A stretch of 60,264 bases of DNA, the filler included, from Sphacelaria rigidula (taxonomy: Eukaryota), in assembly GCA_964200075.2 (NCBI GenBank). It is 9 parts of 9 records of this genome, joined end to end, with 100 filler letters (N's around TTAATTAATTAA, not from the genome) between each part and the next. Parts side by side here need not be neighbours in the genome. Positions count along the whole stretch, not along the records: positions 33,538 to 40,144 come from CAXNAA020019097.1; positions 40,245 to 46,851 come from CAXNAA020019098.1; 7 more parts are not named here. One strand, written 5' to 3'. The notes under the pieces were generated by a model that saw only the letters and a program-made list of their open reading frames with translations, was not told the origin of the DNA and did not search any database. A program made the position numbers and the translations under genes. This document shows positions 33,538 to 46,951 of the stretch, one piece after another; the first letter of the stretch is position 1; each line of letters starts with the position of its first letter.

Positions 33538-33754
33538 CTTCTGCGATGCTTGCCTTTGTTTTTTATCGCGAGAGGGGTTCAGCAGTCCCTTTCCCTGGTC
33601 GACAGTCAAGTCGAATTTTGTGTACTCACGACATAGTCGCTCTTCACTGTTGGACATGGTGTGAGAAAAAATCCTATCTCGCTCCGAGATTTGAATCCAT
33701 GACCCAACCGTCAGAGGGTTTCGAGGTTATCAAGTCAGCCATCGGGGCGACCGG
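33538..33754 (-). mobile_element. tRNA-SINE 5' half
   Basis: Matches 17155-17383. Confidence 0.8.
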
Positions 33755-35039
33755 TCCCTCATCGCTTGAAACCACAACTCCGGTTACACGCTGGCTTAGG
33801 CCACCGCACTCAGGTCACCCCATGAACCTCACGCCCCGCCGTACGGCATGGATGGTGTTGTTGGTATGCACGCGATGAAGATCGTGTAGAACCTTCAAAG
33901 AGCTCCGCGTCAGTGTAGAGGGCACCGGAGCAGGTGTGTGATGTTCGTTCTTGTGTTAAAACGTTCATTGGTTGTTATCCGTTGGAGTATATGACAAGAG
34001 TACCAGACGGTATTGGTTTCTAAATACGTACAGATTTTCGGTGAGATCTGACTTTGTGCTGCCTGCGACATCATCGCAGACTGCGTGTCTTCGGTTGCCA
34101 ACCCACCAAACGCACGCCCTGTTCTTTGACGTGAGTGATGGCGTCGGGTCAACGGTCTAGGCCTGGAATAGGTTTGAAAGCACGTGCGGCGGCGTACAAA
34201 AGCACTACCCCTCTGCGAATTCCACACACACGACGTATGTGGTCGATCATGATGTACGTGTGCGTGACGACTTCAAGCGTTCGAATGCGTGATTGCATCG
34301 TTTAAATATTACGTGAAGACCGGAAGGGAGGGAGAAACAACTCGGGGAGAGAAGTTTGCCCGAGTACACACCCCAGAACTGTAGCTAACTCTATCCTCGC
34401 GATGGGTTGGTGATTTACGAGCAGAGTTCGTCAAGCGTACAGTATGTTCCCCCTTGAGAACATCGAGGTCGGAGCGTATTATGTGCCCCATAGCATCTCT
34501 GGTAGACAAGCCTGTGCCGGATCATCAGGACAGTGCACCATAGATGGTTTTAGTAGGCTCTTCAAACACCGCTCCGAAAAAGCTGCGCTGATTCCAGCAG
34601 TTGTCGATCCATGCTCTAAATGTCTTGTAGTACGTACAATATGCTTCCCCTCACTTCAGATTCATGATAGATGTCCGTTTTTGTTTTCAGACACCGTAGA
34701 GCACGCCTGATCTTGCCCTTTTATTTATCCCAGGGTTTTTTACTTGTTCCGAGTTTTTCTACCGGATACTACACGCTTAAGCTGAAGCTTCTCCGAATAT
34801 CTCTGGCCCAGGCATTCCAGTTTCCTCTTCATTTCATGCGCACGGTGATTCAAGGTTTGTGTTTTGGTGACTTTTCGGATTATCGCGGCTACCTCTTTTT
34901 CTTTTGTGCGTGTTCGCTCTCACTACCCTCCATGCTACCACTCCCGATATAGTTCCCATGTTTCCGAAGGTGCGTCACCATGCTCCATCGAATTTTTATG
35001 CAAAGTCTAGATACGGCCAGCCCTCCTTCGCCCCTCCGT

Positions 35040-35522
35040 ATAAGGATTGACTTCGGTTGGCAACGACGCTGAAAAAAACACGACCCTCACTGCGAATGCT
35101 AGTTAACTAGGCCACTGCTCTTTTTTGCTTGCGTTTTTCTCGCGGTAGCCATGTGGTGGTCGAGCTAGATCCTATTGTGCGGTGTGGGAGAGTCTTAACT
35201 CCACGCAAAGCCGATGACCGCACTACGTAGTGTTTCTATGGCGAGCCACCCATGAAACAGTGGAAGCCGTCGCTGTTTTTGAAAGTAGCGGTACCAGGAA
35301 ACGAAGAAATTCATTCGAGACTGTCATCCATATGCAACATAATTAGTACCCTTCGGGTCAAACAATCTCAGCAGTATGCAGCTTACCCCTCACGCCACTC
35401 ACGGCGCTTCGCGCTTGGTGACCGCGAGCTTGATCCGGCGAAAACCCGGGGTCCTCCGCCCCGACTTTGTTGGAATGCGAGGTCAACGGTCTTAAATCTC
35501 CGGTACACAAGAATATGAGTAC
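35040..35522 (+). mobile_element. Diverged family A copy
   Basis: Colinear with 19600-20023; ends ATGAGTAC + C-rich flank; C-rich 5' flank. Confidence 0.75.
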
Positions 35523-38500
35523 CCCGTCCTCCCTCGCCCCGTGCGCCCCCTCCCGACTGCGTTCTTCGTTATATGTTTCGTTCCGGGTCTGAAGCCTCCT
35601 CTTCTGGACTCGCTTGACTTATCAGCCGGCGTGCGTTTAGAAGAAGAGGGGGAGGTGAAACAGGGACCACAACCCAAGGAGGTGAGCATCGCTCTCTGAA
35701 AGCAAATCAACAAAAGTGCTGCTGGCTTCTACCGCATCATCCCTATTGCCGTTGCATCGTCGGCATTATTCTTCATGTGAGGCCTTGACCACGGTGCAGG
35801 ATGTGTGAGTCAGGGCACTTTTGGGTATGCTTGCATGTGATTGTCCGCCGCCCCGTTATATATATGCTGCATGAGGTCGAGGACAGAAACCGACTTGTTT
35901 TCCAGTGAAAACGGAACCTGAGACAGACAACATTACGAGCCGCTACTGTTATACATCGGAAAACCGCAACGATCTCAGGAAGGACACATATATTGGGCGT
36001 GCAGAACTGCGCCCCCCAGAATGCGTCGTGTTGGGAGAGCAGAGGTTACGGTACATGCCGTCTACCATTCTGCTTTCAGCGTGAAGATTGAGCATTTCAC
36101 TCCGAGCGATCAACCTTCACAGCTTAGCTCGGCTGTTCACCATTCCTCAACGAACGTTCCCGGTATTCCGCACGTGTTCAGGGATAGCCACGATATGACA
36201 CCTATACAGGTTACCCCAGAGTTTGCATCCCCGTAAGCGATGTTATACCACGATTCATGGACGCATGTCTTTCCCGTCGAGCACCGGATGCTTATCTCCC
36301 CCGTCGCTGCTTCCTTTTATAGGACACAGAGCACATGTCACGGTCGGCGTTTCAGTCTACCATCGCGGACCCTTCCCGTTTTACGACCCCTTCCTTGGAT
36401 CACACGTCCATAGACGTGAACGCGATGATGCCTAAGTGCGGGTGAGTAACGCCAGCAGAAGAAGAGATGCTGGCGCCGCTGTACGAGTTTAGTGGTACAT
36501 GCTTTCGAAAGTTAACGCGAACCGTGTGGGACTTGAATGGCGCATAGGATGTGCAGAAGTAAGCCCTTCATGGTCAGAGTCTAATGTACGAAGTAATGAT
36601 CTTTGCAGACATTATGCTCTTGGACGATTGTTTAGAAGCGGAAAGGGTGGTCTACGGCACAAGTTATGTGCGTCGCCCGTGACGAGGCGAGTGCACGAGA
36701 AACCCTTCGTTATTTTCAAGCGTAGGGTGAGTTCCCCCGTGCTCGGAGAAAGAACAAATGTAGCCGTATCCCCCGCCCTAGACGGGTGACCGCTTGAACG
36801 CGATATCCGAAGTTGTCATCATGCGTTAGGTTGTAGAATTGTTGACGGAGGATACTCGACATGTGTGACGCTGGCAACGTACCCTTACAACGTGCTTCAC
36901 GCTGTACTCCTATTGTCAACATGTCTTTCACCTGGGGAGCTTGAGAAATGCGAATGGGGTACGATGTCGAGTATCGTCAGCCATATCGGCTACTGCATCA
37001 TGGAAAACTATTGCCGTAGCGGGGTCGTCATTTGACACAGTGACAACTACACGGCAACATATGACTGAAGCGCTCGTTACGTTGTCTTCCAACGATCATT
37101 GCGTTATCGATAACTTTGACGCAGCTACTCGTGTCCTCACCGTCAGGATACGATCACAATAATTCCAAGATTCCTTTTTGCATACGGGCTCGCTGCATTT
37201 TCATATCGAATGGCGATGGTCATCTCGTAAACCGCACACCTTTCGCAATAATGAAAACAAAACAAAATGCTTTTACGCATTAGATTTTCTCCAATCAATG
37301 ATGGCTTCTCGTCATGTCTTACAACTCGCCTCGCCTTCAAAGTTTCGTCCCACGCAATCGGACACCTACGCCATTCGCAACGATTACAGCACCGAGCAGA
37401 AACCAGCAAGCCCCATAGCGAACACGCACACTGTTGGAGCCCAGCCAACAAGCAACAGCACCGCCAAAAATATCACCGCCGACATCATTGAGACGAGCAG
37501 CAACATAGCCACCGAGCAGTGTTCACCTTCAGCTGTGGCTGAGCCAACGCCACGAACAAGTACCAGGACACACGTGGCAGAGGGGGTCAAAATCTTCGAT
37601 CCAATGGAGGGGGGCACAAAGGTGCAACCCCGGTGGCAAGGCGGACATGCTACAGTGCAACGGGGGCACGGCAGGAGACAGGAGAGCGTGGAAGAGGGGG
37701 TTTTGCTGGAGAGAGGACAGTTCTTCGAAACTGTCAGCAGTATGGGTGAAAATACGATTTTCCCGCTGTTTTTTGTCCGGGTGCTGGTTGTGGAATTGTG
37801 ACGGCGGAAATGCTGTGACGTTCTTCCGAACGTACCTCGAGTGCTCGGTGACTTCATCGATCGATTGAATGATTAATTGTCGTGCATTAACCGATTCCCG
37901 AGGAATCTAGCCGAGGTTTACTGCGCTCGGGTATTTCGCAACAACCTTGTCTACTATGCCCGAATGTTGTCATGACGGTGGTAGATTCTGAGCATTTTTT
38001 GCTGCGGCTATTACTACCATTTGTAATATCATTAATGCTGCCATCACCACTCTCGTTAATAAGGGCGGAAGTCGCACTACAGGGTAATTAGTAGGTGCAG
38101 GTACTCATCACAAGCGTGCGGATAAATCTTCAATTTTTGAATAGTCGAAAAGGCATACTGCTTGCAGGTGAACTGACAGCTCTGATTTTACCAGATGATA
38201 TCAATAGTAATCTGAAGAACGTCATTTTGTGTTTCCCTCGAAACCTGTCTGTTCTTTTTAAATTTTGTCAGCATACAGGTGATTCTGTGCCTCTACATCA
38301 TTATCACATCTCCTAGGCCTGTATTTACTGCATTCCGACAGATGGGCGATCGGAAGCCGACCCTCAATGGCGCTTGCACAAGGCGGGCTTTGGTGGGCCA
38401 GCGTCTGGAGGATCTGGTTTGGGCGACGGGTCTGGACAGCATGAGGCGAGGGATATTCGACCGGTACCGCCACCGCCGATACCGCGCAAAATAGGAACAC

Positions 38501-39583
38501 GAGAGAGACAGCGCGTGCGGCTGCACCAGGGACTTCGTGGGCCGAGAGTGAGTGGTGTGCCGTAAATGATATTCGGGGTATATCAACCATAGGAATGATG
38601 ATTTTGTATCATTCGTTTCCCCGGAAGGAAGCGTTCTGCACTCCCGGAAGATCTTGCTGTATCCAAGGTATTTCGATGGGTTTTCCCGCACGAAAACATG
38701 TAGCTTTTCCCGAAGCACGTCTGTTCGACAGCAATCTGCATGATCTCCTCTTTCAATGACCGACCGTAAGGCTCTCGTAAGGTCGTCTACAGCCGCGTGT
38801 GCTCGCCGCAGTTTTCGATGACAATCAACGAGCTATTGTTTGCGCGGGGTGGCAAGCGCTGTCATTTTTCTTTAATCGCAGAGGAGCAAGAACAACAGCT
38901 ACGTAGAAAGCGAATCGAGAAAATGGCCGGAGGCGATTCCTTGGATCTAGGAAATCAACGATGCTGAATGAATGCATCATACCCACTACGCGTCAGACCG
39001 GATCGAGAACACTTGTGGCCGACCTGTTGCGTTCTGGTCTGATCATGGTGGACATCCAACCGCGGCGACTTCTCGAAATTTTCAAGACACGGTAATCGTG
39101 ATAAGTTTGAGAACTGATTATTTTTGCTGGACCAAGATTTCGAGGCTGAAGGGAGTAATCATGAATCAGAGAGTGGAAATAAACAGTGAGAATGTTGTCC
39201 AGGAACAGACGCTTTCCGGGCTATCCGTATTTTTCTCTCCTACAACGATGTTGGGAAAATCAGCTTGTGATGAGAAAATTGGTGTCTGGCCCAAACGTAC
39301 TTGTACGTAGTATGATGCCGATGGTGGCAACCACATCCATCGTTCCTTAAGTACGACCCATTCTCATACGGACCATTTCCTCGAGGCGCAATACCGCTTC
39401 ATTTTTCCAGTACTGGTCATTTGCCTAGCGCTTGAATATCCATATTCAGTAATAGAACACCCTTTTCAGGGCTGACGTGGATGAACCTGTATTATTACTT
39501 CAAGATACAGCTAACGGCATTTCAGCGGACATTTTCCGACGGTCTCTACGCCTCAAACTCTCACGTAATATTCCTGATACATA

Positions 39584-39840
39584 GAGCAATGCTACGGTAG
39601 GGGTGTACTTTTTTCGCGAAACTATTTCTAGTTCAGGGGCTCCTAACGATTCAAGATGCACAAAAATATGGGTCAGGACATCCCCGTTTGCAAATTTATT
39701 CGGGATATCCCCAGCACATTGAAGTAGTAATCCTGGCGTACTTTCAAAGATTTTCATAGGTCGCGTTTTGCATGAGATAAAGGGATCCTAACAATTCTAA
39801 GCTCAGACAATATTTGTGCACCCCTACCGTAGCATCACTC
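39584..39840. mobile_element. GAG...CTC MITE
   Basis: GAGCAATGCTACGGTAGGGGTG...CACCCCTACCGTAGCATCACTC; flanks CATA/GATA. Confidence 0.88.
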
Positions 39841-40335
39841 GATAGCGATTCGTTTTGAAACATATTTCCACATCACAATGTCTTCGAGTAATCGACTGCC
39901 GATCACACACACATACATATATACACAAGAGCGTGAAGGAAAGTGTAGAGAGTGTAACCAGTACTGTACGAAGCGCTTCAAGGTGAGTTCAGCTGTAAAC
40001 ACCCCGATGGCAATGTGTGTGATGCTGTATCGCATACCCATGAATTCCACCTTTGATATCTCAAAGGGACCCCTTCCTACAACATTTGGCTTTAACCTAA
40101 CCTGCCCCCCCCCCCGCCCTTTGCCAAGTCTCCAGGGGACGGGGNNNNNNNNNNNNNNNNNNNNNNNNNNNNNNNNNNNNNNNNNNNNTTAATTAATTAA
40201 NNNNNNNNNNNNNNNNNNNNNNNNNNNNNNNNNNNNNNNNNNNNCCTTTCTATTTTTTTTTTTTTTGTTTTTTTTTTTTTCCCGTTTCTCCGCGGGTGGG
40301 GTTGGGTGTGTGGTGGGGGGGGGGGGGGGGGGGCG

Positions 40336-40500
40336 TACTCATTTTTTGCTTGCCTTAGTCGTTGACCATTGACCACGCATCCCTTTCGAGACGAAGCACC
40401 GTTCCTACCCATAATAGAGACATCTTCAACATTCCGGCGCTCATCACGTTTCTTCCATATATTGCACAAAAACCTTTTACATATCTTATCCCCGTCCTCG
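40336..40500 (-). mobile_element. Family F LINE 3' end
   Basis: DGDKICKRFLCNIWKKR..., ends ATGAGTAC + poly-C; C-rich on both flanks. Confidence 0.8.
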
Positions 40501-41209
40501 AGAGGGGTGGGGGGATTGAGAGCGCGGTACCACAATGAAACTACACAGAACTTCGAAGTGACTTTAACAACAACAGCCTGCACCTGAGAGGCTTTCGCCC
40601 CAACTCTGCAAGTTAGAGGCAGAATTCTTACTCGTAACTACACCTATGTTCTTAAACGCGAAGGGGGGCGAGGGACGAGGGTGACACGTGAAGCGACGGG
40701 TGGTACACAGTGTGCAAACAAAAAGGGAGCAGGCGAACGGACTCGGCAAACTCAGGATTGAAGTGATGAGAATACGCCGCACATACTTGTGGATGTGGAT
40801 GACTACTGATAGAAAGCCCTGCGCGCGAACATATAGCCTAAAAGTTGGAAGAGAAACTCCCACATTCGGGGGGGGGGAGGGCATATATCTTGTGCCTACA
40901 CACTGCAGTGCTCGTCGTTTATTCGCACAACCAGGGCGAGAACATAGCGGTGATGAAGAGAACTAATACTAGCACTAGCTAAAACAATAACAACAACGAT
41001 AGCAAAAACACGAACAACTGAGCCTCATGAAACCAACGTAAAACGTGTGCAGCAGTACAGTGCTTTCAGTGGTTTTCATTCTGCATAGTATTGCGAGTCG
41101 CACATGTACAGTGTGGAACTTGTTAATTTGCATACAGTCAATCACAACTTGTAATTTCTCTGTTTTTGCGACGACCACTCATGCAGTACGTAGGCGAAAA
41201 CGGACAAAC

Positions 41210-41352
41210 ACACACTTACATACTTATATACATACAGTACATACAGCACATACAGCACATACATATATACATACATACATACACAAACACATACGTACGT
41301 ACGTACGTACTTATATAACACGTACATACATACGTAGACATACATATCCATA
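41210..41352. repeat. Degenerate (CATA/CGTA)n microsatellite
   Basis: Visible tetranucleotide periodicity. Confidence 0.8.
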
Positions 41353-41400
41353 CAAAAACACGCGAAGGAAAAAAGAGAAAGAAACATGACAAGGACTCGC

Positions 41401-41508
41401 CTGTCCGAGGTAGAGCAAGACGGCCTTCTGTAGGATATTGTTCCGCTGACCTTCTTCATCTTTTTGGGATTGGGACGTATCTTCGTCGAACCAGCCCGAC
41501 TGTGACTC
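41401..41508 (-). CDS. Probable BCS1-like AAA ATPase N-terminal region, exon
   Basis: CAG| ESQSGWFDEDTSQSQKDEEGQRNNILQKAVLLYLGQ |GCGAGT; polypyrimidine acceptor; RNNILQKA-x-x-LY recalls stramenopile BCS1-like AAA proteins (from memory, not a search). Confidence 0.65.
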
Positions 41509-42989
41509 CTGTGTTCGAGAAAAAGACGAGAAAAAATAAACGAAAAAAATAGCCTGTTGCTGCTCTTGTTTTTGTGAAGGCAAAACGACGGTGGCCGGCA
41601 CAAAGATGACACTACGGGACAGAACGAAGAGGGGTAAACGAACACGGGCGCGGCCGATATATCATCAAGGCCCCCATACCGCGAAGCCCTTGAAGGTGAT
41701 AACCGTCAGCCAGCACCCCGCCAGCACCCCCACAAAACAGACAGGCTCTCAGTAACGGCGAACAACAGGCGATGTTTCTGTGTGTTGGGGCGGTAAATTT
41801 AGGTTTCAATCACGCTATTTCGCCCAGGTACTCGGCCGTCAGATTCGGAATACGTCTAGCATGCGGAAAATGACACAAATATACTCAGCCGTGCCCTTAC
41901 TCGTTCGCGTAGGTGTCAACTTTCCGCCTGCGGTACTTTGTTCTAGACATTACGCGACACTTATAATCCATAAAAAAGGCGAAACTCGGTGTATGCTTTC
42001 ATGGACAACGCTGGGCGGGACGCGATGGACAAATAATTAAATTAGTTGACCTGCTCAGTCAGTTGTATATGGCCTTTGATACTAGTTTCAACACTTTTCT
42101 CTCCCATGTCTAGCGTCTGCCGCGACCCGGTGGTGTGATGGTCTGACTGTCGTCATTAGGGTGGAGAGAACGAGGGTTCCATTCCCGATGCGTTGGGTTT
42201 TTTCTTCGTCATGTATGATTTCCGCCGTGGAAAGCGTGAGACCGTGAGTATTTGAAACAAAATAGTCGACTGGGTTTGTGTGACGTGAGTTGACGCGGTG
42301 CGGGAGTGCTGACCCAATCCGCGGGACCAAAATGAAAGGCACGTACCGGGGGAGAGATGGGTTGATCCCCTGAGACCACGGACTCATCCCGAGGAAGTGG
42401 AAGGGTTCAAAGTGTGAGGGGAAAAAAAATGTACGCAGTTGAAACACCGGTTTCGGCTTGCTGCAGCATCGAAACTACGTAGGCACCGCAGTATTCATTA
42501 TCCACCAGTCACGTGAAAAATCATGGACGGGACGGAGTCCTGTTGTAGGGGAATATGGGACACGGTGATGGCAGGCGGTAACAAGTATTGGCACAGAGAG
42601 ATGCCAGTGCTTTTTTATCGCGCTCGGGATTTTATCGGTATACCGTGCATGGTGATGATACCGCTGCTTGCCGTCGGTGCTTATACAAGAGAAAAAGGGG
42701 AGCAAACGGAAAGGACGAGGTCATGGGAGCGGCGATACGATCAAACTCCACCACTACTACCGTAGACAACTAAACGCAAGACGAGTGAGAATATTTACCT
42801 CGTACACACATACTGTACATAGCAATGGTAATGTTCATTCAAACTGCTTTCCCCCCTCTTGCGCCCACGCGAAATCTGCGTGGCAAATAATAAGTGTGAC
42901 CCTCTATCCTCTCAGCCGTTCAAGTCAAAAATATAAGCTACTATATGCTCACTACTTTTCAAGGACAGAAGGAACATATTCGCGCACAC

Positions 42990-43250
42990 CTCTTGCTCGA
43001 ATTCGATGGTGGTTTCGTAAGTGTGCCGCAGGTTGGAGCACCGCTGGATGATGGAATCTTGCAGTCTCTCCCTGTACCTCGTCAGCGGATCGCTTCCAAG
43101 GAGGCGGAAGGCGGCGAACGCCAGCATGTCTAGCACCAGATAACCGGTGATGCTGACGTTCGGCATGGCCACTCTGAGAAAAAGTGGAAAGAGCGCTGCC
43201 ACCGCCGTGTCTACAGCCAGGTTCCGAGTGGAAACGCGGCGAAGCATTGC
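42990..43250 (-). CDS. Probable BCS1-like AAA ATPase N-terminal region, upstream exon
   Basis: CCGCAG| AMLRRVSTRNLAVDTAVAALFP...YETTIEFEQE |GTGTGC, 87 codons, phase 0, joins in frame to 41508. Confidence 0.65.
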
Positions 43251-43299
43251 CTGCGGTAAATTCGAACGTGGAGTAGCGGGGGGGAGGGGGGGGGGGGGC

Positions 43300-43445
43300 A
43301 TCTTTGTTCCTTGCCCGAGTCGTTTGACCGTTGACCACGCATTCCGTTCAAGACGGAGCACCGTTCCCACTCCTATTAGAGACACCTCCAACATTTGGGC
43401 ACTCAATACGTTTCTTCCATAAATTGTACAAGAATCTTATACATA
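43300..43445 (-). mobile_element. Family F LINE 3' end
   Basis: RFLYNLWKKR..., followed by poly-C on the minus strand. Confidence 0.7.
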
Positions 43446-45354
43446 GTACATTCCCTCCCTGATTCGCCGTCTGCGGCCACCATCTATATCCTCGTGTAGT
43501 GATCGGCGGGAGGGGGGAACGGGGTAAGGGCCACAGAGGCACTTTTCGAACAAGTTTATAAATAAAAAGTGGCTTAACCCTCGGACAACGAGAGTACAGT
43601 AGGTCATCTGTAGCACCCCCTGCACCCCTTCACTTGAAAAAGTATGTATGATCCAGACAGACTACCCTTGCGGTCGAAGGGTTTATCCTTTTGAAACTCA
43701 TTGACGATTTTTGTTTGTGAACCGGCATCATTTTTAGTCATTTTCGGGTCAAAATGATGCCGATTCACACAAACGAAAATTGCCAATGGGTTCCAAAAGG
43801 GTTACTTAGATCGCGATGCGGGTCGTCCATCTGGATCACGCATGCTTTTTCAAGTGAAATTGATGCCGATTTAGCAGGTAACCTACCCTCGTGGTCAACT
43901 CGAAAACCGGCGTGAGGTTTTGCGAATGAACCGAGGTTAGTGTTTACCACTTGGTAGGGGTGATAACTTTCTCGGAAATTCAACATTGCGAATAACTCCA
44001 TCCCTAACCCTGACCCTCACACCAAGTAAGGCATACCGAGAACCCTCGGACGAAGGGGGTGCAAAGTCCTCCTCTAGGTAAAGTGAGTGTTCTTGCTAGA
44101 CCTTGAAGTGGCGCCACACACGGCGATTTAGACAAAAATGCGTTCCGCGCACGCTGGGAGCATGCCAAGAGCACAGCCCCCAACAAATTTCCGGATTTCG
44201 ATGTCTAGAGTAAATGCAAATCGGACTACGAGTATAAATAATAAATCCCTACTAAGTGGTGAACTCTACCGGATGAAACAGCCTGTAGTAGTACAGTATT
44301 AGTACAAAACACCTGCCACGGCTGCTACTACTGTACATCCGCAACCTGTTGGAACGCTTCGCAACACGCGAACTGGGTATTTGACGACCATGCGAACCAT
44401 ACATCCTACAAGCGTCCGAATCCCAACTGTCCCTTATTTGTTCCCATTATAGATTCATCATGCAGCTGCACCATCTTCCCAGCAGTCCAACTGCGCTCTA
44501 AGTTTTCTACAGCAGCACAGCAGCACAGGAGCACAGGAGCACAGGAGCACAGCAGCCGGAAATAACGATATCCGTAACTGCGCCGTATGGGCGAAGACAT
44601 GTCCCGATCAACTCAAAAGTTTAAAATTCACACGAACCCATGACACATATCTATGTCACCACTTACCCATGCGCCGCGATCATGCTCGCTGGTGAGGAAA
44701 TCAATCTTCATCATGAAGTCCATGATGATGCCCGAGCCACGCTCTTTTGGCGCTGGGATGGGAAAACGGGATCAAAATGGCCTGCCGCAGCAAGCCACAA
44801 ATCGCTACTTGAACACTAGTTGCGCCCCCCTCCTTGCTTGAAGAGTTGTCACACAGACAACTGTTTTTGAACAACAAGTTTTAAGTTTTGCTGTGCCTTT
44901 TGTTGCTTATATACTTGAAGAGCGTAAACGGCTCGGTACTTCGCCTGTGAATCTTCTTCATCCAACAAGGGTGGGTTGAAGGTACCGTACAGAAGCTGGT
45001 TGTGCAGAGGAAGTGGTCACAAAGGGCAACGAAGACGGCCGGACGTACGCAAAGCGCGTCGGAATATCGAGAGCGGTCCGCGCGGCGGTCCTTCTTGTTT
45101 GTAACGAGGCGTTCCTTGTGAACGCGAAGTGGAGGTGACGTGTCTTTATGTCATAACCGACCATGTTTCATCCCGATCGCAGTGGACAGAAGATATGGCA
45201 GTACGATAGCCAACACCCTTTCGAATTCTGCCGATGATGTAAGCATGACAGGTTGTTTGCAGACTCCATGATTGCCGCCAAGCTTCCGGCTAGACTAGTA
45301 TGACTCCAGTCTGTGTTAATTCGCATGACTCACTCGACCATTGGGCTCTCGTGT

Positions 45355-45730
45355 CATGTGCGTGTTCTCATCCCATCTACAGTACTCCGGACACCAGTCT
45401 ATACACCTTTCGGTATCCGTCAACGTATCAACCAGGTCACACAGGATCGAGGGTCAACACCGGAGTTTTCCTTGTCCAAGCGCTCCACCTTCCTTCTGCA
45501 GTGTTCGCCTTCTTTTTTCAGCACGAGAAGGCTTCAGCGGTCCCTTCCCCTCGACGACGGTGGAGTCGATCTGTGTACCCACGACATAGATGAAAGAAGA
45601 TTCAAGTAAGGCAAAATTACAGATCGTGTGAGTTCCTCGAAATTCGAACCCACGTCCCAACCGTCAGAAGGTTTCAGGTTTGAAGGTTTCCCAGGTTACG
45701 AACTGAATTAGAGTAACCGAGGTGACCGGC
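45355..45730 (-). mobile_element. tRNA-derived SINE, diverged
   Basis: B box GGTTCGAATT on minus strand; body matches other copies. Confidence 0.78.
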
Positions 45731-46261
45731 ATCGCTCGTGCATTTGACTATAACATGTCGCCCTGTCTCTTTTATCGATCACCTGTTGCATATGATTTTA
45801 ATGGTGAGATAAGCTGAGAGAAGAGTAAACATTCAACCAACTGCGAAGGTTTTCAAAATCTGGTGCCGCAGCTCATCACCTCCTGCTGCCCAATGATTTA
45901 AGCTCGATCAATCGCACGTGTGTGTGTTTGCTCGGCATATGCCAGAAGAAGATGCAGCTCAGTTCTCGCGCATTGCGTCACTATTTCTCGCTTCCTGCAA
46001 GCTTCCTGGTGAAAAAATCTACATCTAACCCCATAGGTATTGTCTGGGTCATCATTGTACAGACGAGGAGTGTGCGCAGCAAGTTGCATCTTCGCACGCC
46101 GGTTACAAGTTGGGCCAGCCAAAAATCTCGCATTTCTTCGGCACAGAATACAGCCGCCTTTTTTCTCTTGTTTTTTTCAGTTTCCCTGATCAACTTTGGA
46201 CCATTTTTTATGGTAGCAACCAATCCGTATTCGTACACATATCATCATATCATTGCTTCAG

Positions 46262-46792
46262 CAGTGTTGCACATTGAATATCGATAATCGATATGATTTC
46301 AATAAATATCGGCGGTATGCCATATCGGCATCGGAGCGTAGAACACCGATAAATGTGATATTTATCAACATCGGATATCAATATCGCATATCGAATATCG
46401 ATATTCTCGATGTACTTTATTATTTTTCGTCACATTAGCTCAATTTCTCGAAACCGTCGTCACAGTAAACGCAGGGGGGTGGTGAAAAACGTTGAAAAAC
46501 GTTTCCTGTTATTATTGGTGGTGAAAACGTTGAAAAAGAAGAGCTCGCATTTGAGTTTACGCATGATCGTTTTGACACATTTCCCTCTTCCAATGAACGA
46601 GCAGAGTCGACGTATGCGCTCATTCAATCGAAACACACAGAATGGTGACTGTAGAAATAAAGCATAACCAATACCGCACCCGGCCCGCTGCGATCAACTA
46701 TATATAATACATCTTGCACGATAACGAAATATATTCGCAAGACATCTGTATTACCGCATGCCGCCGCTGCTATGATCTTAATGTGCACACTA
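46262..46792. mobile_element. hAT-like MITE with TATCG/CGATA subterminal repeats
   Basis: CAGTGTTGCACATT ... AATGTGCACACTA imperfect TIR; no 8-bp TSD seen. Confidence 0.5.
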
Positions 46793-46951
46793 CCTGCTGC
46801 TGTACATCATGTGTCCACTGCTATCCACTGGAAACTACCGTAAGTTGCTTGNNNNNNNNNNNNNNNNNNNNNNNNNNNNNNNNNNNNNNNNNNNNTTAAT
46901 TAATTAANNNNNNNNNNNNNNNNNNNNNNNNNNNNNNNNNNNNNNNNNNNN

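Noticed and set aside
34300..39400. Possible decayed viral or TE coding sequence (GHIIRSDLDVL, AHAAVDD)
   Set aside because: Short motifs amid stops, no coherent domain
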